Both the position numbers and the translations under genes were made by a program. Positions 19,191 to 28,481 of a stretch of DNA of 64,000 bases are shown one piece after another. The notes under the pieces are model-generated. The model ran no database searches and had not been told where the DNA came from. It worked only from the letters and a program-made list of their open reading frames with translations. How positions within the stretch are numbered: position 1 is the first letter of the stretch; each line of letters starts with the position of its first letter. This DNA is from Bacteroidaceae bacterium (GTDB lineage Bacteria; Bacteroidota; Bacteroidia; Bacteroidales; Bacteroidaceae), in contig CAAGGT010000154.1 of NCBI GenBank assembly GCA_900769465.1, forward strand, positions 12,144 to 76,143. Reading direction: 5' to 3'.

Positions 19191-20108
19191 TTAATACCGT
19201 TCATTGGCCAAGCGCATCACACACAAGAAAGCGGCGCGGGTGATGTCGGTCATCTTCTCATAATCAATCTTGTCGGCCGTGTCCGACGGGAGATGATAAT
19301 CGGGGTGTCCCTCGGTGTGATACCAGACAATGGGAATTCCGTTCTTTGCAAAGTATGCATTGTCGCTACCGCCGGTGGGGTTCTCCCACGCACGATAATC
19401 GGGAACAAAGGAGAAATGGCGGACAGCCATATCCTCTTTCAGCCAGTCACCGAAAACGGGGTGCGACGCCGTGTAGAAGTAGGTAAGATGTTTTGGATTA
19501 TCGACCGGGCCACGGCCTATCATATCAAAGTTCATGTAGACCGAAATATCCGACAAAAAGGAACAATTCTCAACAAAATGGCGTGAGCCTAGCAGGCCCA
19601 TCTCCTCACCATCCCAAAAAGCGAATATGATGCCACGCTCGGGCTTTTCGCCTGTCGCCTTTACGGCTCTCGCAATCTGCAACACCGCCGACACGCCCGA
19701 GGCATTGTCATCGGCACCGTTGTAGCAGCTGTCGCCATCTATTGCCACGCCAATACCCACGTGGTCGTAATGCGCCCCCACGACAACGTACTCCTTGCTC
19801 TTGCCCGGTATTACGGCAAGTATATTGTTCATCGAGCAGCCATCGACCGTGAACGGTTGCAGATAGCCGTCTCTGTCAGAAGGTTTGATACCCCACTGCT
19901 TGAGCAGGGAGACTATATACTCTGCCGCCTTGCGGCCACCCTCTTCACCGGCATCACGCCCCTGCAAGGAGTCGGAAGCCAGTGTTTCCACAAAAATATG
20001 CGCATCGCGTGTTAGAATTGTGCTGTATCCGCGCTCTATATGTTTTTGAGAGAACAGGGCGAGCGGGAAGAGCAGCAAGACTGTAAGCGTAATTGTTAAT
20101 CTTGACAT
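19191..20108 (-). CDS. M28-family metallopeptidase (secreted)
   Basis: Start chosen at the ATG at 20108 (MSRLTITLTVLLLFPLALFSQ, a signal peptide). Metal-ligand motifs GAHYDHVG, DDNASG, FWDGEEMGLLGS and HLPSDT. A TActTTTG -7 box (plus-strand caaaagta, 20133-20140) lies just upstream. Confidence 0.85.
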   Translation of the reverse strand: MSRLTITLTVLLLFPLALFSQKHIERGYSTILTRDAHIFVETLASDSLQGRDAGEEGGRKAAEYIVSLLKQWGIKPSDRDGYLQPFTVDGCSMNNILAVIPGKSKEYVVVGAHYDHVGIGVAIDGDSCYNGADDNASGVSAVLQIARAVKATGEKPERGIIFAFWDGEEMGLLGSRHFVENCSFLSDISVYMNFDMIGRGPVDNPKHLTYFYTASHPVFGDWLKEDMAVRHFSFVPDYRAWENPTGGSDNAYFAKNGIPIVWYHTEGHPDYHLPSDTADKIDYEKMTDITRAAFLCVMRLANERY

Positions 20109-20324
20109 AGCGGAAAGTGGTTTTACTTTTCGCAAAAGTAGTTTTTTTGGAAGAACAATGCAACAGCGGCAACAGAAAATGCGATGTAGCGCCCCACTGC
20201 CGGCACACAATGCAAAAAGAGGAATTAATACACTAGACATCAGCACTATAGAGTACACAAACCGCACACAGGAGCATTCTTAACAACCTGTTGAAAACTT
20301 TATTATATTTTTCTTTTGAAAAAA

Positions 20325-20354
20325 GTGGGGAATTGTGGGGAATTGTGTAATTTT
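20325..20354 (+). promoter_or_regulatory. candidate MraZ operator: 10-bp-period direct repeats GTGGGGAATT GTGGGGAATT GTGTAATTTT overlapping a TAatTTTG -7 box
   Basis: The repeats are read directly at 20325-20354, 31 nt upstream of the mraZ ATG. The third repeat overlaps TAATTTTG (20348-20355). Confidence 0.5.
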
Positions 20355-20384
20355 GGAACGAATATTCTATATTCCCTAAAAAGT

Positions 20385-20849
20385 ATGCGTTTCATTGGTA
20401 ACATAGAGGCAAAGAGCGACAGCAAAGGAAGGGTGTTCCTGCCTGCCTGCTTCCGTCGTATCCTGCAAGAAGCAGGGTGTGCGAAGGTCATGCTCCGCAA
20501 GGATGTATACCAGGACTGCCTTGTACTCTACCCCGAAAAGAGCTGGAACGAGCAGCTTGACCTGCTACGCAGCCGCCTTGACCGCTGGAATGCCGCACAC
20601 CAGATGATATTCCGCCAGTTCGTAGCCGACGTAGAGGAATTGAGCATTGACAGCAACGGCCGCATACTGTTGCCCAAGCGATATATGGCAATGGCGGACA
20701 TTGTCCAGGAGGTGCGTTTCATTGGAATGGATGACACCATTGAAATTTGGGCAAAAGAGAAGCTGGAGAAGCCGTTTATGACCCCGGCCGACTTTGGACG
20801 TGAGCTTGAAAAGATAATGACTGCAGAGAAAGGAGGATGCAATGAATAA
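20385..20849 (+). CDS. mraZ: division/cell wall cluster transcriptional regulator MraZ
   Basis: Start chosen at the ATG at 20385 (MRFIGNIEAKSDSKGRVFLPACFRR). Second SpoVT/AbrB-like half at DSNGRILLPKRYM. First gene of the dcw cluster. Confidence 0.9.
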   Translation: MRFIGNIEAKSDSKGRVFLPACFRRILQEAGCAKVMLRKDVYQDCLVLYPEKSWNEQLDLLRSRLDRWNAAHQMIFRQFVADVEELSIDSNGRILLPKRYMAMADIVQEVRFIGMDDTIEIWAKEKLEKPFMTPADFGRELEKIMTAEKGGCNE

Positions 20850-21759
20850 CCCCGATGTTTACCACACCCCGGTATTGCTCAAGGAGAGCGTTGACGGAAT
20901 GGAGATTGCCAAAAGCGACACCTGTATTGACGTGACATTCGGTGGCGGCGGGCACTCGCGCGAGATACTTTCGCGTCTGGGTGCAAGAGGGCACCTCTAC
21001 AGTTTTGACCAAGATGCCGATGCTGAGCAGAACGCCCCCAACGACAAGCGTTTCACCTTTGTGCGCGGCAATTTCAGGTTCATATACAATTTCATGCGCT
21101 ATCACAATGCCACAAAGGTGGATGCCATATTGGCCGACCTGGGCGTGTCGGGACATCACTTCGACGATGAGACACGCGGATTCTCGTTCCGCTTTAATGC
21201 CGACCTTGATATGCGCATGAACAAGCGCGGTGGCGAGACGGCAGCCGACCTTCTGAACCGTGCCACTGAAGAGGAGCTGACAAGAATCTTCAAGTTCTAT
21301 GGTGAGCTCAACTGCGCGCGCAAGCTCTCGGCAAGGATTGTAAAGGCAAGAGAGGTTAGCCCAATAAAGCGTGTGAACGAGCTTATAGAGATAGCAAAGC
21401 CATTCTGCCCTCCACAGCGCGAGAAGAAGGAGATGGCAAAGATTTTCCAGGCACTGCGCATTGAGATAAACAAAGAGGTAGAGGCACTGCAGGAGATGCT
21501 CACAGGAGCAAAAGACCTGCTCAAACCCGGCGGCAGACTGGTGGTGATTACATACCATTCTATAGAAGACCGCATTGTAAAGAACTTTATGAAGAGCGGG
21601 AACTTCGAGGGCAAGGTTGAGAAGGATTTCTTCGGCAACACGACATCGCCGTTTGACATGAAGAAGGTAATTGTTCCGACCGACGAGGAACAGGAGCGTA
21701 ATCCACGTTCACGCAGTGCAAAATTAAGGATTGCCATAAAGAAGGAGGCTCTACAATGA
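20842..21759 (+). CDS. rsmH: 16S rRNA (cytosine1402-N4)-methyltransferase
   Basis: 305 aa. HTPVLLKESV, VDVTFGGGGHS, DLGVSGHHFD and ITYHSIEDRIVK motifs. Overlaps the mraZ end. Confidence 0.95.
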   Translation: MNNPDVYHTPVLLKESVDGMEIAKSDTCIDVTFGGGGHSREILSRLGARGHLYSFDQDADAEQNAPNDKRFTFVRGNFRFIYNFMRYHNATKVDAILADLGVSGHHFDDETRGFSFRFNADLDMRMNKRGGETAADLLNRATEEELTRIFKFYGELNCARKLSARIVKAREVSPIKRVNELIEIAKPFCPPQREKKEMAKIFQALRIEINKEVEALQEMLTGAKDLLKPGGRLVVITYHSIEDRIVKNFMKSGNFEGKVEKDFFGNTTSPFDMKKVIVPTDEEQERNPRSRSAKLRIAIKKEALQ

Positions 21760-22100
21760 ACAACACAAAGAAGAAAAAACGCAGGGAAGGAATATTCAAC
21801 TACCTGATGGGCGGCCGCATATTCACAAGTGACATATTCACCAAGAACGCGATGCTCATGGGACTGATAGTTGTGTACAGTTTCCTTTATGTGAGCAACC
21901 GCTACCAGCACGAACAGGAGATTGTGAAGATATACAGGCTCACCAAAAGAAAGAACGAGATAAGAAACAACCTGTTGACCTTGAAGAGCGAGTTTGCATA
22001 CCAGTGCAGGCTGTCAGAGATAGAGAAACTTTTGACCGACAAAGGGAGTGAGTTCCAGACAATGACCACCCCACCTTATATAATAGATAAAAACGATTGA
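21756..22100 (+). CDS. ftsL: FtsL-like cell division protein
   Basis: 114 aa. Basic N-terminus, one TM helix (AMLMGLIVVYSFLYV), then a coiled-coil-like segment. Lies between rsmH and ftsI, with an ATGA overlap with rsmH. Confidence 0.7.
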   Translation: MNNTKKKKRREGIFNYLMGGRIFTSDIFTKNAMLMGLIVVYSFLYVSNRYQHEQEIVKIYRLTKRKNEIRNNLLTLKSEFAYQCRLSEIEKLLTDKGSEFQTMTTPPYIIDKND

Positions 22101-22102
22101 AA

Positions 22103-24388
22103 ATGTTCAAATTCCGCACCGATGTAGTCCTACGCTTCAATCTGCTGGTGATATTCCTGTTCACTACGGTGGGCATAATTATCATTGGCAAGGCTGCCAT
22201 AATCATGTTCATTGAGCGCGACGACTGGAACAAAATAAAGGAGAAGAACATAAAACACAATGTCCCCATTGAGGCACACAGGGGAAACATCCTGGCCGAT
22301 GACGGGGGGCTGATCGTGAGCACCCTGCCACGATACAGGATGCTGTTTGACTTTGAATACATAAACCCGCACAACAAGGAGGACGAAAGAGCAATCAACG
22401 CCAAGAGGGACTCTATCTGGGACCGACACCTGAAGGAACTATGCGCGGGACTCAATGACATTCTGCCGGGCACAAGTGCAAAGGAGCTTGAAGAGAGGTT
22501 CAGGACAGGACTGACACCAAACAGGAACGGAAGGAAAAGAGGCGGTTTCCAGCCATACAGAGGCGGTATTTCATATTCACAGTTCCGCAAGATAAAGGAG
22601 CTGCCCATAATAAACCTGGGCAAGAAATACAGCGGCTGTTACACGCAGGAGATTATTGAGCGCAAGAACATTCTGGGCAATACAGGAAACAGCACGTTCG
22701 GCATTGTGCGCAGTGCCGAGATTGACGGTAAGAAAGTGGACGAGGTCAATGGCCTTGAGAAGAAATACAACGAATTCCTGAAGGGTGAGCCAGGCTCGGG
22801 AACAAAGGCAAAAATGAGGGGAAAGTACATTCTGCGCGAGGAGAAGCAACCCATAAACGGATATGATGTGCAGACAACCCTCAACACGCAGATGCTCGAC
22901 ATCTGCCACAATGCCCTTGAGAGAGTGTTGAGGGAGAAGCACCTTGCCGCCGGATGGGCGATACTCATGGAGACAAAGAGCGGCGACATAAAGGCCATAG
23001 TGAACCTGGCGCGCAACGTAAAGAGCAACGGCAGGGTTGAATACATTGACACCATAGGCAACATAAAGTACAACCAGACAGCAAACCACGCCCTGTGCGA
23101 CCTCAACGAGCCGGGCTCTATATTCAAGACGGTTGCACTAACGGCCATGCTTGCCGACGGCAAACTCACGACAAAGGATTCGGTTATCGCATACCCGTCG
23201 ATGATGTACAATTTCAACGGGCACAGGATACACGACGAGATGTACCGCGACAATGGCACAGGAAAGTACAGCATGACCGATGCGATGATGTACTCATCGA
23301 ACATAAGCATGGTGCAGTTCATCAAAAAGGCCTACTCGAAGGACCCCGCAGAGTACACCGCCACATTGCAGAGATTCGGTCTCACGCAGAACTACAACAT
23401 CACCGACAACGAGGCGACACCATACCTTACGTTGCCCGGCACAAAGAAGTGGAACGGCTATAGCCTGAACTCAATGTCCTATGGATATGCAGTGGGAATG
23501 ACAGCTATAAACATGGTTTCGTTCTACAACACCATTGCAAACGGCGGCAAGCAGATGAAGCCGCGCCTTGTAAAGGCTATCCTCGACAATGGCGACGTTA
23601 TTGAGGAGTACCCCACCGAGGTCATCAACGAGCATCTTTTCTCCAAAGAGGTTGCCGACACAATGACAGGTATGTTGACACAGGTGGTGAACGGCTTGAG
23701 CATAGTGGCAAACAAGAGTGACTGGAGATACGGCAAACGCGACGGAACAGGAAAGGCTGCACACTCCGACATGATGACAATTGCGGGAAAGACAGGTACA
23801 GCAAAGGCGTATGACGGCAACAAGAAACTGATGAGTTTCTGCGGTTTCTTCCCGGCCGAAGCACCCGAGTACACGCTGATTGTACAGATGATGTACGACT
23901 ATGAGATTGACCCCAGGGAAAAGCAGGACAAGGACAGGAATACATATGGCGGCGGAAGCACATCGGCCATCGCATTCAAGGAGATTGCCGAGAAGATTAT
24001 GATTGAGAAATACCTTTGTCCCATAGAGAAAGCCATAGATGACAGCACCCCTTCAAAGCCAAGAATAAAGAGAGGAAATATTGACGAGGGGGCTTTTCTC
24101 CTTTCGAGCATAGGCACCCCCGACAGCCTGCTCAAGACCGAGAAGGACGGGATGTGGGACGATATAAGACACGACAGGCAGGGCGAGCCGCTGATATCGG
24201 CAAGGGAAATAGGCACAAAGAGCGTGCCCGACGTCGAAGGTATGGGAGCAAAGGATGCCATATACCTAATGCAGAAGTGTGGCCTGAACGTGAAGATAAA
24301 GGGATATGGTACCGTGAAGAGCCAGAGCATACCGGCAGGCCGACACGCCATCAAGGGCGACACCGTGAGACTCTCACTAATGCCATAG
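22103..24388 (+). CDS. ftsI: penicillin-binding protein (FtsI/PBP3 class B transpeptidase) with C-terminal PASTA domain
   Basis: ATG at 22103 (the track uses TTG at 22097). Motifs SxxK (GSIFKTV), SxN (YSSN) and KTG (GKTGTA). The last ~65 aa (VPDVEGMGAKDAIYLMQKCGLNVKIKGYGTVKSQSIPAGRHAIKGDTVRLSL) look like a PASTA domain. Confidence 0.92.
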   Translation: MFKFRTDVVLRFNLLVIFLFTTVGIIIIGKAAIIMFIERDDWNKIKEKNIKHNVPIEAHRGNILADDGGLIVSTLPRYRMLFDFEYINPHNKEDERAINAKRDSIWDRHLKELCAGLNDILPGTSAKELEERFRTGLTPNRNGRKRGGFQPYRGGISYSQFRKIKELPIINLGKKYSGCYTQEIIERKNILGNTGNSTFGIVRSAEIDGKKVDEVNGLEKKYNEFLKGEPGSGTKAKMRGKYILREEKQPINGYDVQTTLNTQMLDICHNALERVLREKHLAAGWAILMETKSGDIKAIVNLARNVKSNGRVEYIDTIGNIKYNQTANHALCDLNEPGSIFKTVALTAMLADGKLTTKDSVIAYPSMMYNFNGHRIHDEMYRDNGTGKYSMTDAMMYSSNISMVQFIKKAYSKDPAEYTATLQRFGLTQNYNITDNEATPYLTLPGTKKWNGYSLNSMSYGYAVGMTAINMVSFYNTIANGGKQMKPRLVKAILDNGDVIEEYPTEVINEHLFSKEVADTMTGMLTQVVNGLSIVANKSDWRYGKRDGTGKAAHSDMMTIAGKTGTAKAYDGNKKLMSFCGFFPAEAPEYTLIVQMMYDYEIDPREKQDKDRNTYGGGSTSAIAFKEIAEKIMIEKYLCPIEKAIDDSTPSKPRIKRGNIDEGAFLLSSIGTPDSLLKTEKDGMWDDIRHDRQGEPLISAREIGTKSVPDVEGMGAKDAIYLMQKCGLNVKIKGYGTVKSQSIPAGRHAIKGDTVRLSLMP

Positions 24389-24424
24389 GAGATATTGTAG
24401 AACAAACAAAGGAATATATAGGTA

Positions 24425-25879
24425 ATGAAACTGAGCGAACTGTTAAGAGAGACACAATGCACCAGAATGGTTCTCCCGAAAGAGGAGGTCGACATTCAGG
24501 GAATAAACATCGATTCACGCCTTGTACAGAAAGGAGACCTGTTCATAGCTGTAAAAGGAACGCAGACCGACGGACATCAATACATTGCTGCCGCCGAAGA
24601 GAAGGGCGCGGTTGCAATAGTGTGCGAAAAGACTCCCGACAGGCTGTCGCCGAACGTTGCGTATATTACATTCCCCAACGTGCAGAGCATCACCGGCAAG
24701 CTCGCCACCACATTCTACGGCAACCCGTCGCAGAAATTGAAACTGGTGGGCGTAACAGGAACAAACGGCAAGACAACCATTGCCACACTGCTCTATGAGC
24801 TGTTCCGCAGAATGGGACACCGTTGCGGCCTGTTGTCGACAGTGTGCAATTACATCGATGGCGTTGCACACCCATCGACACACACCACCCCCGATGCCAT
24901 CTCGCTCAACAGGATGCTTGCACAGATGGTTGATGCCGGTTGTGAATATGCATTCATGGAGGTGAGTTCACACGCTCTTGCACAGGAGCGCACAGGCGGA
25001 CTTGAGTTCGCAGGAGGTATCTTCACAAACCTCACCCGCGACCATATGGACTACCACGAGAACATGGAGAACTACCTGAAGGCCAAGAAGAGTTTCTTTG
25101 ACAATCTCCAGCGCCACGCTTTCGCAATCACCAACCTCGACGACAAGAACGGCCCGGTGATGGTGCAGAACTGCCGATGCGACATAAAGAACTACTCTAC
25201 ACGCACCATTTGCGACTACAGGGCAAGGCTCATTGAGACTCACCTTGACGGTATGTTGCTTGAATTCAACAACCGCGAATTCACCACATTGCTCACAGGA
25301 CGTTTCAACATCAGCAACCTGCTTGCGATATACGGTGCCGCAATAGAGTTAGGCAAGGACCCCGAGGAAGTGCTATGCATAATGAGTACACTGAAACCGG
25401 TATCGGGACGTTTTGAAGCACTCCACTCACCCGAAGGATTCTCGGCGATAGTGGACTACGCCCACACTCCCGATGCGATAAAGAATGTATTGGGCACAGT
25501 GAACGACGTACTCCGCGGCAAGGGCAGCATCATCACCGTAGTGGGTGCCGGCGGCAACCGCGACAAAGGAAAACGCCCGATGATGGCGGCCGAGGCGGCA
25601 AAAGCCAGCGGCAGGGTGATACTGACATCGGACAACCCGCGCAACGAGGACCCGCAGGAGATTATAAACGATATGCTTGCCGGCCTCAACGACGAACAGC
25701 GCAAAAAGACCATAGCCATTGTTGACCGCAAGGAGGCGATAAGAACAGCCTGTGCCCTTGCACAGAAAGGCGACGTGGTAGTTGTTGCAGGCAAGGGACA
25801 CGAGAACTATCAGGAGATACAGGGTGTCAAGCACCATTTCGACGACAAGGAAGTTTTGAATGAAATCTTTAACCGATAA
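24425..25879 (+). CDS. murE: UDP-N-acetylmuramoyl-L-alanyl-D-glutamate--2,6-diaminopimelate ligase
   Basis: 484 aa. [11 protein letters not shown]-loop, the DNPR motif ([11 protein letters not shown]) and Mur ligase domain order. Confidence 0.93.
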   Translation: MKLSELLRETQCTRMVLPKEEVDIQGINIDSRLVQKGDLFIAVKGTQTDGHQYIAAAEEKGAVAIVCEKTPDRLSPNVAYITFPNVQSITGKLATTFYGNPSQKLKLVGVTGTNGKTTIATLLYELFRRMGHRCGLLSTVCNYIDGVAHPSTHTTPDAISLNRMLAQMVDAGCEYAFMEVSSHALAQERTGGLEFAGGIFTNLTRDHMDYHENMENYLKAKKSFFDNLQRHAFAITNLDDKNGPVMVQNCRCDIKNYSTRTICDYRARLIETHLDGMLLEFNNREFTTLLTGRFNISNLLAIYGAAIELGKDPEEVLCIMSTLKPVSGRFEALHSPEGFSAIVDYAHTPDAIKNVLGTVNDVLRGKGSIITVVGAGGNRDKGKRPMMAAEAAKASGRVILTSDNPRNEDPQEIINDMLAGLNDEQRKKTIAIVDRKEAIRTACALAQKGDVVVVAGKGHENYQEIQGVKHHFDDKEVLNEIFNR

Positions 25880-25885
25880 GACTAT

Positions 25886-27145
25886 ATGCTGTACTATATA
25901 TTTGACATTCTTGAAAAGATGAACCTGCCTGGTGCGAGACTGATGAACTATACATCGTTCCGCGCACTGCTCACAATTGTGATATCACTGCTGGTTTCGG
26001 CCTGGTTCGGCAGCTACCTGATAAAGTTCTTCAAGAAGAAACAGATAACCGAGAATCTGCGCGAATATGACAAGAACAACCTGAAAGCCGGAGTGCCTAC
26101 AATGGGTGGTCTGATAATAATAATAGCCATACTGGTTCCCTGTCTGCTTATAGGACGTCTTGACAACGTGTATATGCTGCTGTTGATAATAACCACCGTT
26201 TGGTTGGGTATTCTGGGCTTTGCCGATGACTATATTAAGACATTCAAAAAGAACAAGGACGGCATCCCCGGCAAGGTAAAGATCATTGCACAGGTGGGAC
26301 TGGGATTTGTCATTGGACTGACACTCTATTTGAGCCCGCAGGCCGTGATGCGCGAAAACATTGTAATCGAGAACAGCAACAGAACCGAGATTGTGCAGCA
26401 CAGGACAAAGTCGGAGAAGCTGAACAAGACTACCATCCCGTTCATAAAGAACCACAACCTCGACTACAGCGAGGTGATGTCGTTCTGCGGCAAGTACAAG
26501 GACGAAGCCGGATGGGTGCTGTTTGTCATTGTGACCATTCTTGTCGTTACGGCTGTATCGAACGGCGCAAACCTGAACGACGGCATGGACGGCATGCTTG
26601 CAGGAAATGCAGCCATCATAGGTGTGACGCTTGCCGTGCTGGCCTATGTATCGAGTCACGTCGACTGGGCCGAATACCTGAACATAATGTTCTTGCCGGG
26701 CATTGAGGAGGTGGTGATATTCACATTTGCGTTCATTGGTGCGCTGATTGGCTTCCTTTGGTACAATGCCTTCCCGGCACAGGTGTTTATGGGAGATACC
26801 GGCAGCCTTACGATTGGCGGTATAATAGCCGTAATAGCCATTCTCATACATAAGGAGATTCTGCTTGTGCTGTTGTGCGGCATATTCGTGGCCGAGAACC
26901 TGTCGGTTATGGCACAGGTAGCATATTTCAAGCGAGGGAAACGCAAGGGTGTGAAGCAGAGGCTGTTCCGCCGCGCTCCATTGCACCATCACTACAACAT
27001 GGCAGAGGAGAAACTCGACAAGGAATGCAAGTATGTGTTCAAGGGTCCCGAAAGGCCATTGCACGAGGCCAAGGTGACACTGCGCTTCTGGATTGTGACA
27101 ATTGTTATGGCGGTCATCACCCTTATGACTTTGAAGATAAGATAA
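25886..27145 (+). CDS. mraY: phospho-N-acetylmuramoyl-pentapeptide transferase
   Basis: 419 aa polytopic. NLNDGMDG, FMGDTGSLTIGG and APLHHHY motifs. Confidence 0.95.
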   Translation: MLYYIFDILEKMNLPGARLMNYTSFRALLTIVISLLVSAWFGSYLIKFFKKKQITENLREYDKNNLKAGVPTMGGLIIIIAILVPCLLIGRLDNVYMLLLIITTVWLGILGFADDYIKTFKKNKDGIPGKVKIIAQVGLGFVIGLTLYLSPQAVMRENIVIENSNRTEIVQHRTKSEKLNKTTIPFIKNHNLDYSEVMSFCGKYKDEAGWVLFVIVTILVVTAVSNGANLNDGMDGMLAGNAAIIGVTLAVLAYVSSHVDWAEYLNIMFLPGIEEVVIFTFAFIGALIGFLWYNAFPAQVFMGDTGSLTIGGIIAVIAILIHKEILLVLLCGIFVAENLSVMAQVAYFKRGKRKGVKQRLFRRAPLHHHYNMAEEKLDKECKYVFKGPERPLHEAKVTLRFWIVTIVMAVITLMTLKIR

Positions 27146-28476
27146 TGGAAAAGAGAATAGTTATATTAGGAGGAGGCGAGAGCGGATGCGGAGCTGCTGT
27201 TTTAGCCAAGAAACTGGGATTTGACGTATTCCTGTCTGATTTCGGGCGAATTGCAGACAAGTACAAGCAGATGCTTGACGAGCAGGAGATTCCCTGGGAG
27301 GAGGGAGGCCACACAAAGGAACTTATACTCAACGCCGGCGAGGTGATCAAGAGCCCGGGTATTCCGAACGAGGCACCCATAGTGGTGCAGATAAAGAATG
27401 CCGGTATACCCATCATCTCTGAAATTGAATTTGCAGGACGTTACACAAGAGCGAAGATGGTATGTATCACCGGTAGCAACGGCAAAACGACTACCACCTC
27501 ACTGATATATCACATATTCCGCGAAGCGGGCCTCGACGTGGGCCTGGCAGGCAACATAGGCAACAGCCTTGCATTGCAGGTAGCACAGGGCGACAGGGAC
27601 TATTACATTGTGGAACTCAGCAGTTTCCAGCTCGACAATATGTACGAGTTCAGGGCAAACGTGGCTGTACTCCTGAACATAACCCCCGACCACCTCGACC
27701 GCTACGGATACAACATGCAGAACTACGTGGATGCCAAGCTGCGCATCCTGCAGAACCAGCAGTCCGACGATGCTTTTGTATACTGGAACGACGACCCCAT
27801 AATAAAGAAGGAGCTTTCCAAATACCGCCACGGCAAGCTCTACCCGTTTGCCGAGGAAAAACGCGAAGGGAATGCGGCATACACACACGAGGAGAAGCTT
27901 GTGTTCACAGAGCCCACACCGTTCAACATGGAACTTGAGGAACTGTCGCTCACAGGCAAGCACAACCTCTACAACTCAATGGCCGCGGGTATATCGGCTA
28001 ATGTAGCCGGCATACGCAAGGAAACCATACGCGAGGCGTTGAGTACCTTTGCGGGTGTTGAGCACAGGCTCGAGAAAGTGGCTACGATTGACGGTGTCGA
28101 GTACATCAACGATTCAAAGGCCACAAACGTAAACAGCTGCTGGTATGCACTGCAGAGTATGAAGAAAAAGACCATACTGATATTGGGTGGCAAGGACAAG
28201 GGCAATGACTACAACGAGATTGCCGAGCTTGTGAAGAACAGATGCTCGGGACTGGTGTTCCTGGGTGCCGACAACAGCAAGCTGCTGGAGTTCTTCAGGG
28301 AGTACGGACTGCCCATTGCCGACACACACAGCATGGAGGAGTGCGTTGAGGAGGCACGCCGCATGGCAAAGAGCGGCGAGGCCGTACTGTTGAGCCCCTG
28401 CTGTGCAAGCTTCGACCTATTCAAGAGCTACGAGGACAGGGGAAGACAGTTCAAGAATCTGGTACATAAACTATAA
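27145..28476 (+). CDS. murD: UDP-N-acetylmuramoylalanine--D-glutamate ligase
   Basis: Start chosen at the ATG at 27145 (MEKRIVILGGGESGCGAA), overlapping the mraY stop as TAATG. ITGSNGKTTT P-loop. The track start at 26875 lies inside mraY. Confidence 0.93.
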   Translation: MEKRIVILGGGESGCGAAVLAKKLGFDVFLSDFGRIADKYKQMLDEQEIPWEEGGHTKELILNAGEVIKSPGIPNEAPIVVQIKNAGIPIISEIEFAGRYTRAKMVCITGSNGKTTTTSLIYHIFREAGLDVGLAGNIGNSLALQVAQGDRDYYIVELSSFQLDNMYEFRANVAVLLNITPDHLDRYGYNMQNYVDAKLRILQNQQSDDAFVYWNDDPIIKKELSKYRHGKLYPFAEEKREGNAAYTHEEKLVFTEPTPFNMELEELSLTGKHNLYNSMAAGISANVAGIRKETIREALSTFAGVEHRLEKVATIDGVEYINDSKATNVNSCWYALQSMKKKTILILGGKDKGNDYNEIAELVKNRCSGLVFLGADNSKLLEFFREYGLPIADTHSMEECVEEARRMAKSGEAVLLSPCCASFDLFKSYEDRGRQFKNLVHKL

Positions 28477-28481
28477 GCAGA

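Noticed and set aside
20776-21558. 260-aa antisense ORF inside rsmH, and similar ORFs at 21297..21911, 22639..23325, 29674..30384, 30403..31246, 33240..33881 and 39204..39979
   Set aside because: All lie opposite well-supported dcw or gyrB genes and lack recognisable motifs. I treat them as chance or shadow ORFs.
25985-27064. 359-aa antisense ORF inside mraY
   Set aside because: This is the same codon-register shadow effect (both congruent to 2 mod 3). The product is low-information His/Gln/Val-rich, and mraY motifs are clear on the plus strand.
26875-27144. Long N-terminal extensions offered by the ORF track: murD from 26875, murG from 29441, ftsA from 32898, tilS from 42453, mraZ from 20316, M28 peptidase to 20267, adaptor to 5717, RND pump to 4090, hypothetical from 9053, DUF3127 gene from 53768
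   Set aside because: The extensions overlap the preceding gene or run through promoter regions. In each case an internal ATG gives the canonical family N-terminus or a proper signal peptide, and it sits at a typical coupling distance from the upstream stop.
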